Shown here piece by piece: positions 35,360 through 44,142 of a DNA stretch of 64,000 nucleotides. This stretch comes from Bacillota bacterium. GTDB lineage: Bacteria > Bacillota > Clostridia > Ch29. The stretch is from assembly GCA_040766775.1 (NCBI GenBank), contig JAXGPT010000001.1:21469-85468 (forward strand), given 5' to 3'. Positions within the stretch are counted from its first letter, which is position 1; every line of letters starts with the position of its first letter. Both the position numbers and the translations under genes were made by a program. The notes under the pieces are model-generated. The model was not told the origin of the DNA. It made no database searches and saw nothing but the letters and a program-made list of their open reading frames with translations.

Positions 35360-36662
35360 GTGAAAAAGCTTAAGTTTGCACACTATATTAATCAGTTTTA
35401 CGGACAAATCGGTGGGGAGGACAAGGGCGACCAGCCACCGGTTGTACATGAAGGGGCAGTTGGACCCGGCAGTGGATTGGAAAAGCTCTTTGGAGAAGAA
35501 GGAGAAATTATTGCAACGGTGATATGCGGCGATACTTACTTTGCAGAAGAATCCGGAAAAAGCTGTGGAAGATATAACGGATATACTAAAAAATTTGATT
35601 TTGACTGTTTTATTGCCGGGCCCGCCTTTAATGCCGGAAGGTACGGCATAGCCTGCGGTGCTATCTGCAGGGCGGTCCAGGAACGGCTGGGGCTCCCCAC
35701 TGTGACTTCAATGTACACCGAAAACCCGGGAGCGGAGATATATGCAAAGGATATTTATGTGCTAGAGACCGGCAAGTCGGCTGCTGCAATGAAAGACGCG
35801 CTGCCTGTCATTGCTGAATTTGCCCTGAAACTTGCCAGGGGCGGAGATAGGTTTCCCGGAAGATGAGGGATACATTCCGCAGGGCAGAAGGGTAAACGTA
35901 TTTGCAGATAAAACTGGCGCGGTAAGGGGAGTGGATATGCTGCTTTCCAAGCTGAAGGGAGAGCATTTTACAACCGAACTGCCTATGCCTGTTTTCGATC
36001 GTGTGCCCCCGGCACCGGCGGTAAAAAATCTAGCCCGGGCAAAGATTGCGCTTGTGACATCGGGAGGGGTTGTGCCCAGGGGAAATCCTGACCGCATAGA
36101 GGCGGCAAACGCTACCAAATATGGCAAGTATTCCATTGAGGGTATAGACGACCTGGTTAAGGATGAGTATATAACCGTTCATGGCGGATATGACCCGGTG
36201 TATGTACTTGAGGACCCGGACCGGGTGCTCCCGGTTGATGTAATGAGACTGCTTGAAAAGGAAGGAGTTATAGGAAAGCTGTTTGAATACTTTTATTCCA
36301 CCGTGGGTAACACCACCGCTGTTAGCAGCGCGAAGCGTTTCGGAGAAGAGATTGGTAGGGATTTGCTGGCAAATGGTGTGGACGGAGCAATACTGACCTC
36401 TACCTGAGGCACCGACACCCGTTGCGGAGCAACGATGGCTAAGGCTATTGAAGAGCTGGGTATTCCTGCGGTGCATGTGTGTACCATTGTTCCGATTTCT
36501 GAAACTGTGGGCGCAAACAGAATACTGCCGGGGGTTGCCATACCCAATCCCACCGGCAATCCTAACCTAAGCCAGCATGACGAGTTTATGCTGCGCAAAA
36601 ACCTCATGTTAAAAGCTCTTGATTCTTTGAAGAGCGCAATAGAAGAGCAAACAGTTTTTTAG
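35360..36662 (+). pseudogene. GrdB-like selenoprotein (reductase protein B gamma type) with in-frame UGA at 36405-36407; one frameshift near 35835-35866 as assembled
   Basis: ...GVDGAILTST-TGA-GTDTRCGATMAKAIEELGIPAVHVCT... matches the U-containing active-site context of GrdB/GrdF/GrdH. Reading continues in frame to 36662. Confidence 0.8.
36408..36440 (+). promoter_or_regulatory. candidate bacterial SECIS hairpin downstream of the UGA
   Basis: CGUUGC-GGA-GCAACG (36420-36434), extendable by CC/GG with a 2-nt bulge; starts about 11 nt after UGA. Confidence 0.4.
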
Positions 36663-36684
36663 TAAAAGATATGGGAAGTGTTCA

Positions 36685-36730
36685 AAAAGTAGTATAGTGC
36701 GGCCGGGCAAGGCCGCACTATACTACTTTT
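36685..36730. terminator. bidirectional terminator between grdB-like gene and ribU
   Basis: 20-bp perfect stem AAAAGTAGTATAGTGCGGCC / GGCCGCACTATACTACTTTT, A/T runs on both sides. Confidence 0.85.
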
Positions 36731-36758
36731 AACAAAATAGTATTCAGTTTTTACTCTA

Positions 36759-37328
36759 TTATTCGTGCTGGCGGGCTTCGCCGCCGATGGGTTCAATCCT
36801 TAACACTCTTGCCACCGATTTGTATACAAGTACCGTAAGGGCCGAGTTTGCAGTCGCCTTTATAAGGTTAAAGGGTACTATGATGGGCACAATCATTGCC
36901 TTTACCGCCTCAACGGGTACTCCCAGGAACTTGGTGGTGAAATAAAGGTTAAGCGGTATCATTATAAGGGTCATGCCAAGGGTGCCCGCCGCAAGGGCCA
37001 AAACAGCCCCTTTGAAAGTGTGTACCTTCCTGTAAATAAGGCCTGCCACCAAAACCATGGTGCCGGTGGCGACCATATGCATCACCGCTCCGATCCAGCC
37101 GCTCCCCGCGCTGACGGTGGTGGCCTGGAACAGCGAAACCGCGGCGGTTATCAATAGTCCTGCGCCCGGGCCGTACAAAAATGCGCCTATCAGGGCGGGA
37201 ACGTCCCCCGGTTCGTATTCTAAAAAGGGTGCCGATGGAATGATTGGAAATCGGATGACCATCATTAGCAGTATTGACAGTGCGGAAAGCAGTGCCAGTT
37301 TTACAATTTTGTTCAAGTCTTGATTCAT
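36759..37328 (-). CDS. ribU: ECF transporter S component, riboflavin type (RibU-like)
   Basis: Six-TM S-component pattern and an FMN riboswitch directly upstream. Confidence 0.8.
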   Translation of the reverse strand: MNQDLNKIVKLALLSALSILLMMVIRFPIIPSAPFLEYEPGDVPALIGAFLYGPGAGLLITAAVSLFQATTVSAGSGWIGAVMHMVATGTMVLVAGLIYRKVHTFKGAVLALAAGTLGMTLIMIPLNLYFTTKFLGVPVEAVKAMIVPIIVPFNLIKATANSALTVLVYKSVARVLRIEPIGGEARQHE

Positions 37329-37345
37329 TGCAATTTACCTCCCTG

Positions 37346-37515
37346 AAAATTAAAATTCCCTGCAATATAATCCCAGGGAAATAAAAAAATCAATCTTCTC
37401 CCATCCAGACTATACTGTCGGCCCCGGAATCGCACCGGGTCAGCGTGAGCTCGCGGGCTAGCGGACCTTATCCGCATTACCGCCGGTCGGGAATTTCACC
37501 CTGCCCTGAAGATTA
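37346..37515 (-). promoter_or_regulatory. FMN riboswitch (RFN element) with terminator expression platform
   Basis: Minus strand reads ...CUUCAGGGCAGGGUGAAAUUCCCGACCGGCGGUAA...AGCCCGCGAGC...GGUGCGAUUCCGGGGCCGACAGUAUAGUCUGGAUGGGAGAAG, then hairpin UUCCCUG/CAGGGAA + U-run (37346-37380). Confidence 0.92.
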
Positions 37516-37658
37516 TATTTGGTTTTCCTAAAAAATATAATAGCATCGAGACATTGCGATGTCAAGGGCCGGGAAAAGTATCCCGGCGGTATCATACTTT
37601 AATTTAATGGCACAATAAAGTATAATAGGATAAAGTACCAAGGATAGGAGGGAGCGAA

Positions 37659-38190
37659 ATGATAGAGCTTCTCAAGAAAGAAGAAGCATTCGCAAATACA
37701 AAAAGTCCCGCTGGAGGGGGATAAACTGGACAACCTGGTAAAGGCGCTGCTGCTTTCGCCTTCGGGCAGCAACCAAAGGCCCTGGGAATTCATACTGGTA
37801 ACCGACAGGGACCTCCTGGAAACCCTGTCAACGGTGAGAAAGGGCAGCTCGGTTTTCTTAAAGGATGCAGCGCTGGGGATAGTGCTGCTGGGAGAATCCG
37901 ACCGCCGGGATACCTGGATAGAGGATACAACCATAGCCGGCATACTGGCACAGCTTACCGCCCATTCGATGGGGCTTGGTTCCTGCTGGATACATATAAG
38001 GAACAGGATGTATGACGGTTCAAAGAGTGCCGAACAGTTTGTGAAAGAACTGCTGGAGATACCGAAGCAAAGGAGCGTTGAGGCCATAATAGCGGTGGGC
38101 TACCCCGACGAGCAGAAGGAACCTTACCGGGAGGAAGACCTGCAGTACTCCAAGGTTTACATGAACAGGTACGGCCTGCAGTACCGGTAA
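37659..38190 (+). pseudogene. nitroreductase family protein; one frameshift near 37705 as assembled
   Basis: MIELLKKRRSIRKYKK... then (other frame) ...LLLSPSGSNQRPWEFILVTD...; C-half intact (37834-38190). Confidence 0.8.
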
Positions 38191-38281
38191 AGGAAAAACC
38201 TCTCATCCTTCCCCGCTTGATTCATGCTTGAGTTTGATATAGCATAGTTACTGTAGAATAAAAGGGGGGGAGGTTGAAACA

Positions 38282-38692
38282 ATGGAAAAAAACGTAGAAA
38301 TTCCCGAAACCGAAACTACAAGGATGGACGCCAGGAGGAAAAAGCAAAGGACCAGGAAAATTCTCATCAACATAGTCTTGTTCATAGTAAGCGCAGGAGT
38401 ATGGTGCGCCGCTGTTTATTACGGCTACACCTACGCCAAGGACTACATCGACACCTCCATTAGAAACGTGCAGCAGCAAAATGCGATGAATATACAGCAG
38501 CTTACCGAAAGGATGGAAGCGCTGGGTCAGGAGATATCCGGGCTGAGGGAGAGCATAGAGGATGCGGATTCCACCATATCCGATTCCACTTCGGTACAAA
38601 GGCGCATAGACGAAAAACTGGAGGACCTGGAGGACCAGCTGGAGGAACTGGAAAGGGCGCTGGAGATATTAAAGGAGGCTCCCAATGTTTAA
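38282..38692 (+). CDS. hypothetical membrane-anchored coiled-coil protein
   Basis: Basic N-terminus, 1 TM, heptad-like acidic C-terminus; 8-nt overlap with next gene. Confidence 0.6.
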   Translation: MEKNVEIPETETTRMDARRKKQRTRKILINIVLFIVSAGVWCAAVYYGYTYAKDYIDTSIRNVQQQNAMNIQQLTERMEALGQEISGLRESIEDADSTISDSTSVQRRIDEKLEDLEDQLEELERALEILKEAPNV

Positions 38693-39731
38693 GTTTAATG
38701 TGTTAATGGCTTTCCTGGCGGCGCCTTTTTTGGCCCTTTTCCTGGTGTGCTATGACTTTGTGGAAGACAGCAGTATGCTGCAATTCCCTACCGTCTCGCT
38801 GGAAGAGGGGGCGGTTATGCTGCAGCAGGAGACCGAGGTTTTAAGGCAGAGCATAGGGGACCTTGGCATGCTGGCCCGTACGCAGGTGGACATTTTTTCC
38901 GAGCAGTACGAAAGCCTGTCCGCCCTGTCCGAAAAAAGCGTGTCCCACAGGAAGCTGTCCGACGATATATACGATCAAAAGATACTGGAAATGCTGGGGC
39001 CCACCGTTTCCGCCCATATTTCGGACAACAACGAGATAAAGATTTTCAAGCTGGCGGAGCTGGGCTACCGCGGTTTTATCGCCAAGGTAAAACTCTTTGA
39101 GCCCAAGTCCTTCAGAGTGGTGCTGGCCCAGGACACGCTGGGCAAGCTGGAGACCACCTCCGAAGCGGCCAAAAGAACCGGGGCGATGCTGGCAATAAAC
39201 GGCGGCGGTTTTTACACCGAGATTAGAAACGGCCAAACCTACGCCCAGATGATAGGCAATACGGTGATAGACGGCAAGCTGGTGGAACCCTTCAACGGCT
39301 ACCCCGGGGATTTGTTCTTTGCGGGGATAAACAAAAAGGGCCAGGTAATAGGTACGGTGCCCAAAACCGAAAAGGACCTTACCGCGCTGAAACCCTACCA
39401 GGGGGTAAGTTTTATACCGGTGCTGTTAAAGGACGGCAAGAAGGTTGAGATACCCGAGAAATGGAAGACCACCAAGCAGCCCAGGACCATAATAGGCAAG
39501 TACGCCAACGACGACCTCATTATGATAGTAATAGACGGGCGGCAGGGGGACTGGAGCGTCGGGGTTACGCTGGAGCACCTGCAGGACAAGCTGCTTGAAC
39601 TGGGCGTCAAGGAGGCCTACAACCTGGACGGCGGCGGCTCCAGCACCATGTACTTCAACGGGGTGGTGCTGAACAGGCCCTCGGACGGCAAAGAGCGCCC
39701 GGTGGTAAACAACATCATAGTGCTGCCATAG
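38685..39731 (+). CDS. phosphodiester glycosidase family protein (DUF2233)
   Basis: N-terminal TM, AINGGGFY and NLDGGGSSTMYFNG blocks. Confidence 0.8.
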   Translation: MFKFNVLMAFLAAPFLALFLVCYDFVEDSSMLQFPTVSLEEGAVMLQQETEVLRQSIGDLGMLARTQVDIFSEQYESLSALSEKSVSHRKLSDDIYDQKILEMLGPTVSAHISDNNEIKIFKLAELGYRGFIAKVKLFEPKSFRVVLAQDTLGKLETTSEAAKRTGAMLAINGGGFYTEIRNGQTYAQMIGNTVIDGKLVEPFNGYPGDLFFAGINKKGQVIGTVPKTEKDLTALKPYQGVSFIPVLLKDGKKVEIPEKWKTTKQPRTIIGKYANDDLIMIVIDGRQGDWSVGVTLEHLQDKLLELGVKEAYNLDGGGSSTMYFNGVVLNRPSDGKERPVVNNIIVLP

Positions 39732-39942
39732 AAGTTAAGGGGGACGGTCCCTGCGAGGTACAAGTGCCGGGCACCGGGTATTAAGCGGCGCATCACCGGT
39801 GGCGGCCGGCAGCCCGCAGGCGGTGGGTATCAGGGTTAAGCTTACGGGATAATAACCTGGCTGCTGGCCACCCAATGGGCGCTGCTGCCAAAGGAGGCCA
39901 TAGGGGGACCGTCTCCCTTTAGCGTTTTGAAAGGAGAAAACC

Positions 39943-40134
39943 ATGGAAAGTAAAGAGAAATGTCCGGAATGCGGCTGCAAGGAGATAGGCCGGGGGAAGA
40001 TGTCGGGATACGCATGCATGGTGCCCGAGGGCAGGGTGTTTGCGTCGTCGGCCTTAATAGCCGAGGTGTGTACCGACTGCGGGCTTATACTTCGCCTAAA
40101 GGTGGAAAAACCCCATAAATTCAAGCGGAAATAA
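39943..40134 (+). CDS. small Cys4 zinc-ribbon protein
   Basis: CPECGC ... CTDCG; good AGGAGA RBS. Confidence 0.6.
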   Translation: MESKEKCPECGCKEIGRGKMSGYACMVPEGRVFASSALIAEVCTDCGLILRLKVEKPHKFKRK

Positions 40135-40149
40135 AAAGAGGGGAACATC

Positions 40150-41497
40150 ATGACAAAAACGGGAAAGAATCCCGAGTTCGCGGCCGGCGGGGCGGCAGGG
40201 GATACAAGGCACAAGATAGGGCTTGCCGGGGCCGTGGAGATAATAATCGGCACGGTAATAGGCTCGGGAATATACATAATGATAGGTCCGCTGGCGGCCG
40301 CCGCAGGTCCCGGCCTTTTTTTGTGCTACCTTATTGCGCTTGTCGTTGCGGTGGCGGCGTCAATTTGTTATGCCCAGGTGGCATCCGTCTTCCCGGCCAC
40401 CGCCGCCACTTACCGTTACACCAAAATGTTCTACGGCGACTTTATAGGGTTTGTAGTGGGCTGGTTCAGGCTGGTGGGATCTTTTTGCGGCCTGGCACTG
40501 ATGAGCAGCGGGTTCGCCGATTACGTGTCGGTGTACCTGGCGGTGGACAAAAGGATTACCGCCGCCGCGGCGCTGACGGTTATCCTGGTAGTCAACCTGC
40601 TGGGCATCAAAACCACCCAAAGGGTTGTGCAGTTCCTTGTTATAGCAGTCATGGGCGGCCTCGCGCTGTTCTGCGGTTTCGGTGCGCCGCACGTAAGGCT
40701 AAGCAACCTCACCCCGTTGTGGGGAGCGGGAGCAGGCACCATATTAAAGGGCAGCATGTCAGCCTTTTATGCGTACACCGGGCTGTATATTGTGGCCGAG
40801 GTGGGGGACGAGGTGCAAAACGCCCAGAAGAACATTCCACGGTCCATTATTATTTCATCGGCGGTAGTGGGCCTTTTGTACCTTGGTACAACGCTTACCT
40901 TTGCCGGGGACTGGGCTGGGACACCATCAAGGCCTGAGGCCGACAAAACCAGGCGGCGGGGCTAATGCTAAACCCATGGGTGGCGGCGCTGGTGCAGTTG
41001 GGGGCCATTCTGGCCATTATCACCCCGATGAATGCATCCTATATGGCAAGCAGCAGGTCGCTGTACAGCCTGGCGGTGGACGGAATGATGCCGCGTATTC
41101 TTTCAAGGCTCAACCGGTACAATGTTCCGGGGCTTGCGACAATAACTATATACATTCCCGCGCTGCTTGTAGTGGTGCTGGACCTACCGGTACTTTTCCT
41201 GGGCACCGTAAGTTCCATAGTACTGTTAAGCAGTATGACCCTTGTGGCCGGGGCATGTCTTATGCTGAAGAGTACCCGGAGGAGTTCCAAAGGGCTCCCT
41301 TCAGGCTGGCGGATACCGCCCTTAAGATACTGCCGGTTTTCACGGTAATGGCCGCGGTGCTGCTGACGATAGTCTCGCTGGTGGAGGATTTGCTTATACT
41401 GTACTCCTTCGGTTTCTGGACGCTGGCGGGGTGGGTATACTATTACGTATGGCAAAGGAGCCGCAAGCGCAGGGCACAACTTAAGCCTACCCGTTAA
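40150..41497 (+). pseudogene. APC superfamily amino-acid permease; at least 2 frameshifts (about 40900, about 41250) as assembled
   Basis: N-terminal GTVIGSGIYIMIGP signature; pieces 40150-40965, 40965-41348, and the last part of 40883-41497 join into one 12-TM permease. Confidence 0.8.
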
Positions 41498-41562
41498 CCA
41501 TATAGGGATGTGCCGAATATACTAAAAAAAAGGCACATCATTTAATAAGGAGATGGTTGGGT

Positions 41563-42183
41563 ATGGCAAATATGCAGCTGCCTGTCTTGGTCAATACGCA
41601 GAGGGTTAAGGAACCGCGGCTGGACCTTTATTACCCGGTGGTGCACGGCCTAAAAAATATTGCAGTGCAGCGCGAGGATAAATTATGCAATACAGAATCT
41701 GGTGAAAAAGATGCTGTCCGACCAGGGGCATATTCAAACCCAAGGACCCAGGTTACGGCATCCTACGAGGTAAAGACAAACGAGCGAGGGGTACTCAGCC
41801 TTTCGCTTAACAATTACGCCTTTGCCGGCGGAGCCCACGGGATGACCATAATAAAATCCCTTACCTTTGATGTTTGTACCGGAAGGATATACAGCCTGGC
41901 CGACCTTTTCAAGCCGGGAAGCGATTACCAGAAAGTGCTGTCAGCCATCATAGAAAAGCAGATAAAGGAGAGGGAAATACCGGTAATAAACGAGTTTACC
42001 GGTATAAAGCCGGACCAGGACTATTATATCGCGGATAAGGTGCTGGTTGTATACTTCCAGCTTTACGACCTTACGCCCTATGCCTATGGCTTCCCCGAGT
42101 TCCCGATTACGATGTACCAGGTAGAGGATATTGTTGACGAGAACGGGCCGCTGGGAAGAATGATACCGGCTATTGGGATTTAA
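41563..42183 (+). CDS. DUF3298/DUF4163 domain protein (RsiV/PdaC C-terminal-like)
   Basis: ...YAFAGGAHGMT..., ...VVYFQLYDLTPYAYGFPEFPI. Codons about 41675-41735 read better in the +1 frame (INYAIQNLVKKMLSDQG), suggesting a compensated indel pair. Confidence 0.75.
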   Translation: MANMQLPVLVNTQRVKEPRLDLYYPVVHGLKNIAVQREDKLCNTESGEKDAVRPGAYSNPRTQVTASYEVKTNERGVLSLSLNNYAFAGGAHGMTIIKSLTFDVCTGRIYSLADLFKPGSDYQKVLSAIIEKQIKEREIPVINEFTGIKPDQDYYIADKVLVVYFQLYDLTPYAYGFPEFPITMYQVEDIVDENGPLGRMIPAIGI

Positions 42184-42230
42184 GCTGGAGTCAGTAGTTG
42201 GGAGTTGGCAGGCGTCAGGGTACAAAAAAA

Positions 42231-42253
42231 GACAGGAGAACCGTCCCCCTGTC
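42231..42253 (-). repeat. GACAGGGGGACGGTTCTCCTGTC element (reverse orientation), second copy of the 22676 motif
   Basis: 22/23 identity with 22676-22698 after reverse complementing. Confidence 0.7.
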
Positions 42254-42427
42254 TTATTTCCCTGTCTTACCGGTGGAGGAAAACCCGGGGCCGGTGTAGA
42301 ATAATTCCAAATGGAGAATTTTTATTGTCCGGGGCGGGATGCCGAATATACCGGTTTGCCCTGGACAATATAGTAGTGGACAAACTTTCAGAAAAAATAA
42401 CCAATCGCAAAGAGGGGATTAGCTCAA

Positions 42428-43366
42428 ATGAACAAGCAGGAAAAGGAAAGAGTATGGCAGGGTTTTTGGCAGCTGGCCGATCCTAAGATTTGGATAGCTT
42501 CCACCGTTCCCATGCTGGTGGCGGCGGCCCTTGCCTACGGCAATACCGGGCGGTTCCATATCGGCTGGTTTTTGCTTTCGGTGGCGGGGATTTACCTTAT
42601 CGAAACGGGCAAAAACGCCATAAACGAGTACGTGGACTATAAGTCGGGAGCGGACCGGAACGTGACGCCGGAAAACAGGACACCCTTCAGCGGGGGCAAA
42701 AAAACAATCGTGGACGGGAAACTGACCCTTGGCGAGGTAAAGGTTATATCCTACGGCACAATGCTGGCGGCCTGTGCCATAGGGCTGTTTATAGTGCTCT
42801 ACCGCGAGTTTGACGTGCTCTGGATAGGCCTTGCCGGGGTTTTCTTGTCGGTTTTTTACAGCGTTCCGCCCTTTAGCTTTGCATACTCCGGCCTGGGGGA
42901 ACTGGCGGTGGGGTTGACCTTCGGACCCCTGATTACCACCGGTATGTACCTGGTGCTGACCGGTTCGGTGCAGCCGGAGGTGGTGGCGGCGTCAATCCCC
43001 ATTGGTTTTTTGATTGCCAATGTTCTGTGGATTAACCAGTACCCGGACTATGAAGCGGACAAAAAGGCCGGAAAGCATAACTGGGTGGTACGGATGGGCA
43101 AGGAACGGGGCGTAAGGGTGTATGCGGCACTTTTTGCGATGGCCTACGCGATGTTCCCGGTGTTAGCCCTTCTTTACCGGAACCCGGTATGGCTGTTGGG
43201 GCTTGTCAGCATCCCGGTGGCGGTGCGATCGGTAAAGGTAGCCAAAAGGGAGTTCAACTATACTCCAAGGCTTATCCAGGCAAACGCCGGGACAGTGCAG
43301 GTTTATCAAATAACCGGTATAATAATGGTGATAGCAGCCCTTTCAAACCGGTTTATTAGTATTTGA
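42428..43366 (+). CDS. UbiA family prenyltransferase (MenA-like)
   Basis: 8-9 TM, NxxxDxxxD-type motifs (AINEYVDYKSGAD; NQYPDYEADKKAG). Confidence 0.8.
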   Translation: MNKQEKERVWQGFWQLADPKIWIASTVPMLVAAALAYGNTGRFHIGWFLLSVAGIYLIETGKNAINEYVDYKSGADRNVTPENRTPFSGGKKTIVDGKLTLGEVKVISYGTMLAACAIGLFIVLYREFDVLWIGLAGVFLSVFYSVPPFSFAYSGLGELAVGLTFGPLITTGMYLVLTGSVQPEVVAASIPIGFLIANVLWINQYPDYEADKKAGKHNWVVRMGKERGVRVYAALFAMAYAMFPVLALLYRNPVWLLGLVSIPVAVRSVKVAKREFNYTPRLIQANAGTVQVYQITGIIMVIAALSNRFISI

Positions 43367-43383
43367 AGGAGAGGTGTACATAT

Positions 43384-44121
43384 ATGAATGGCTTGGAGGA
43401 CCACAGGAATTTTCTAAAAGGTTACCTATGGGACCGTTGGGACGACTTAGAAAGGGACCAGCAGAAGGGTTTGCCGGCCCCGCCGCTCCAGAAACCCTAC
43501 GACGGGGATGCGGCCTTTGTAGACCTTGTGGCGCGAAAGGACATAACGGTGGGAAACATGCCGCTTATAAACGCCCTGGAGCGAAGAAGAAGCTGCAGGA
43601 AATTCACCGGGCAGCCCCTAAGCCTGGAAGAACTGTCCTTCCTTCTATGGGCGGTGCAGGGTGTTACCGGTGACAGGGAGGACAGGAGGACCGCCCCGTC
43701 GGCCGGGGCACGACATCCCTTTGAAACATACCTGGCGGTCATGAACGTGGAGGGCGTAAAACCCGGGCTGTACAGGTACCTGCCAGTGGAACACCGGCTG
43801 CTTACTATGGACCGCCCGGAGGAGCTGGACCGGAAAGTGGTGGAAGCCTGCAAGGGGCAAAGCTTTACAGCGGACGGGGCGGTGGTTTTTATGTGGACGG
43901 TGCTTCCCTATCGCGCTGAATGGCGATACAGCCTTATTGCCCATAAAATGATAGCTATAGATGCGGGTCACCTGTGCCAGAATCTTTACCTTGCATGCCA
44001 GTCCATCGGCGCGGGTGCCTGCGCCATAGGGAAGTATGCGCAGGATAAAATGGACGCGCTTCTCGGGGTTGACGGAACCGATGAATTTGCGGTATACGCC
44101 GCGGTGGTAGGAAAGGTATGA
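43384..44121 (+). CDS. SagB/ThcOx-type dehydrogenase (nitroreductase superfamily)
   Basis: RRSCRKF, ...TAPSAGARHPFETYL..., ...GLYRYLPVEHRL...; ATG 43384 behind GAAGGAGAGG (track start TTG 43363 overlaps the prenyltransferase stop). Confidence 0.8.
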   Translation: MNGLEDHRNFLKGYLWDRWDDLERDQQKGLPAPPLQKPYDGDAAFVDLVARKDITVGNMPLINALERRRSCRKFTGQPLSLEELSFLLWAVQGVTGDREDRRTAPSAGARHPFETYLAVMNVEGVKPGLYRYLPVEHRLLTMDRPEELDRKVVEACKGQSFTADGAVVFMWTVLPYRAEWRYSLIAHKMIAIDAGHLCQNLYLACQSIGAGACAIGKYAQDKMDALLGVDGTDEFAVYAAVVGKV

Positions 44122-44142
44122 CAACTACGGAGGATGTATTTT

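Noticed and set aside
34734-36407. The in-frame TAA at 34734-34736 in the grdE-like gene as a recoding/readthrough event, by analogy with the UGA at 36405
   Set aside because: The flanking codons (PT*SHPLEV) become the family-typical PTLISPLEV with one deletion plus one insertion within about 15 nt. So a compensated indel pair is the simpler explanation. Only the UGA has the conserved Sec context.
39732-39942. TPP riboswitch (because of CGGGATAATAACCTGGCTG resembling the CUGGAUAAUACCAGCG segment)
   Set aside because: The obligatory CUGAGA/ACCC elements and the pyrimidine-sensor helix are absent, and the downstream genes are not thiamine-related.
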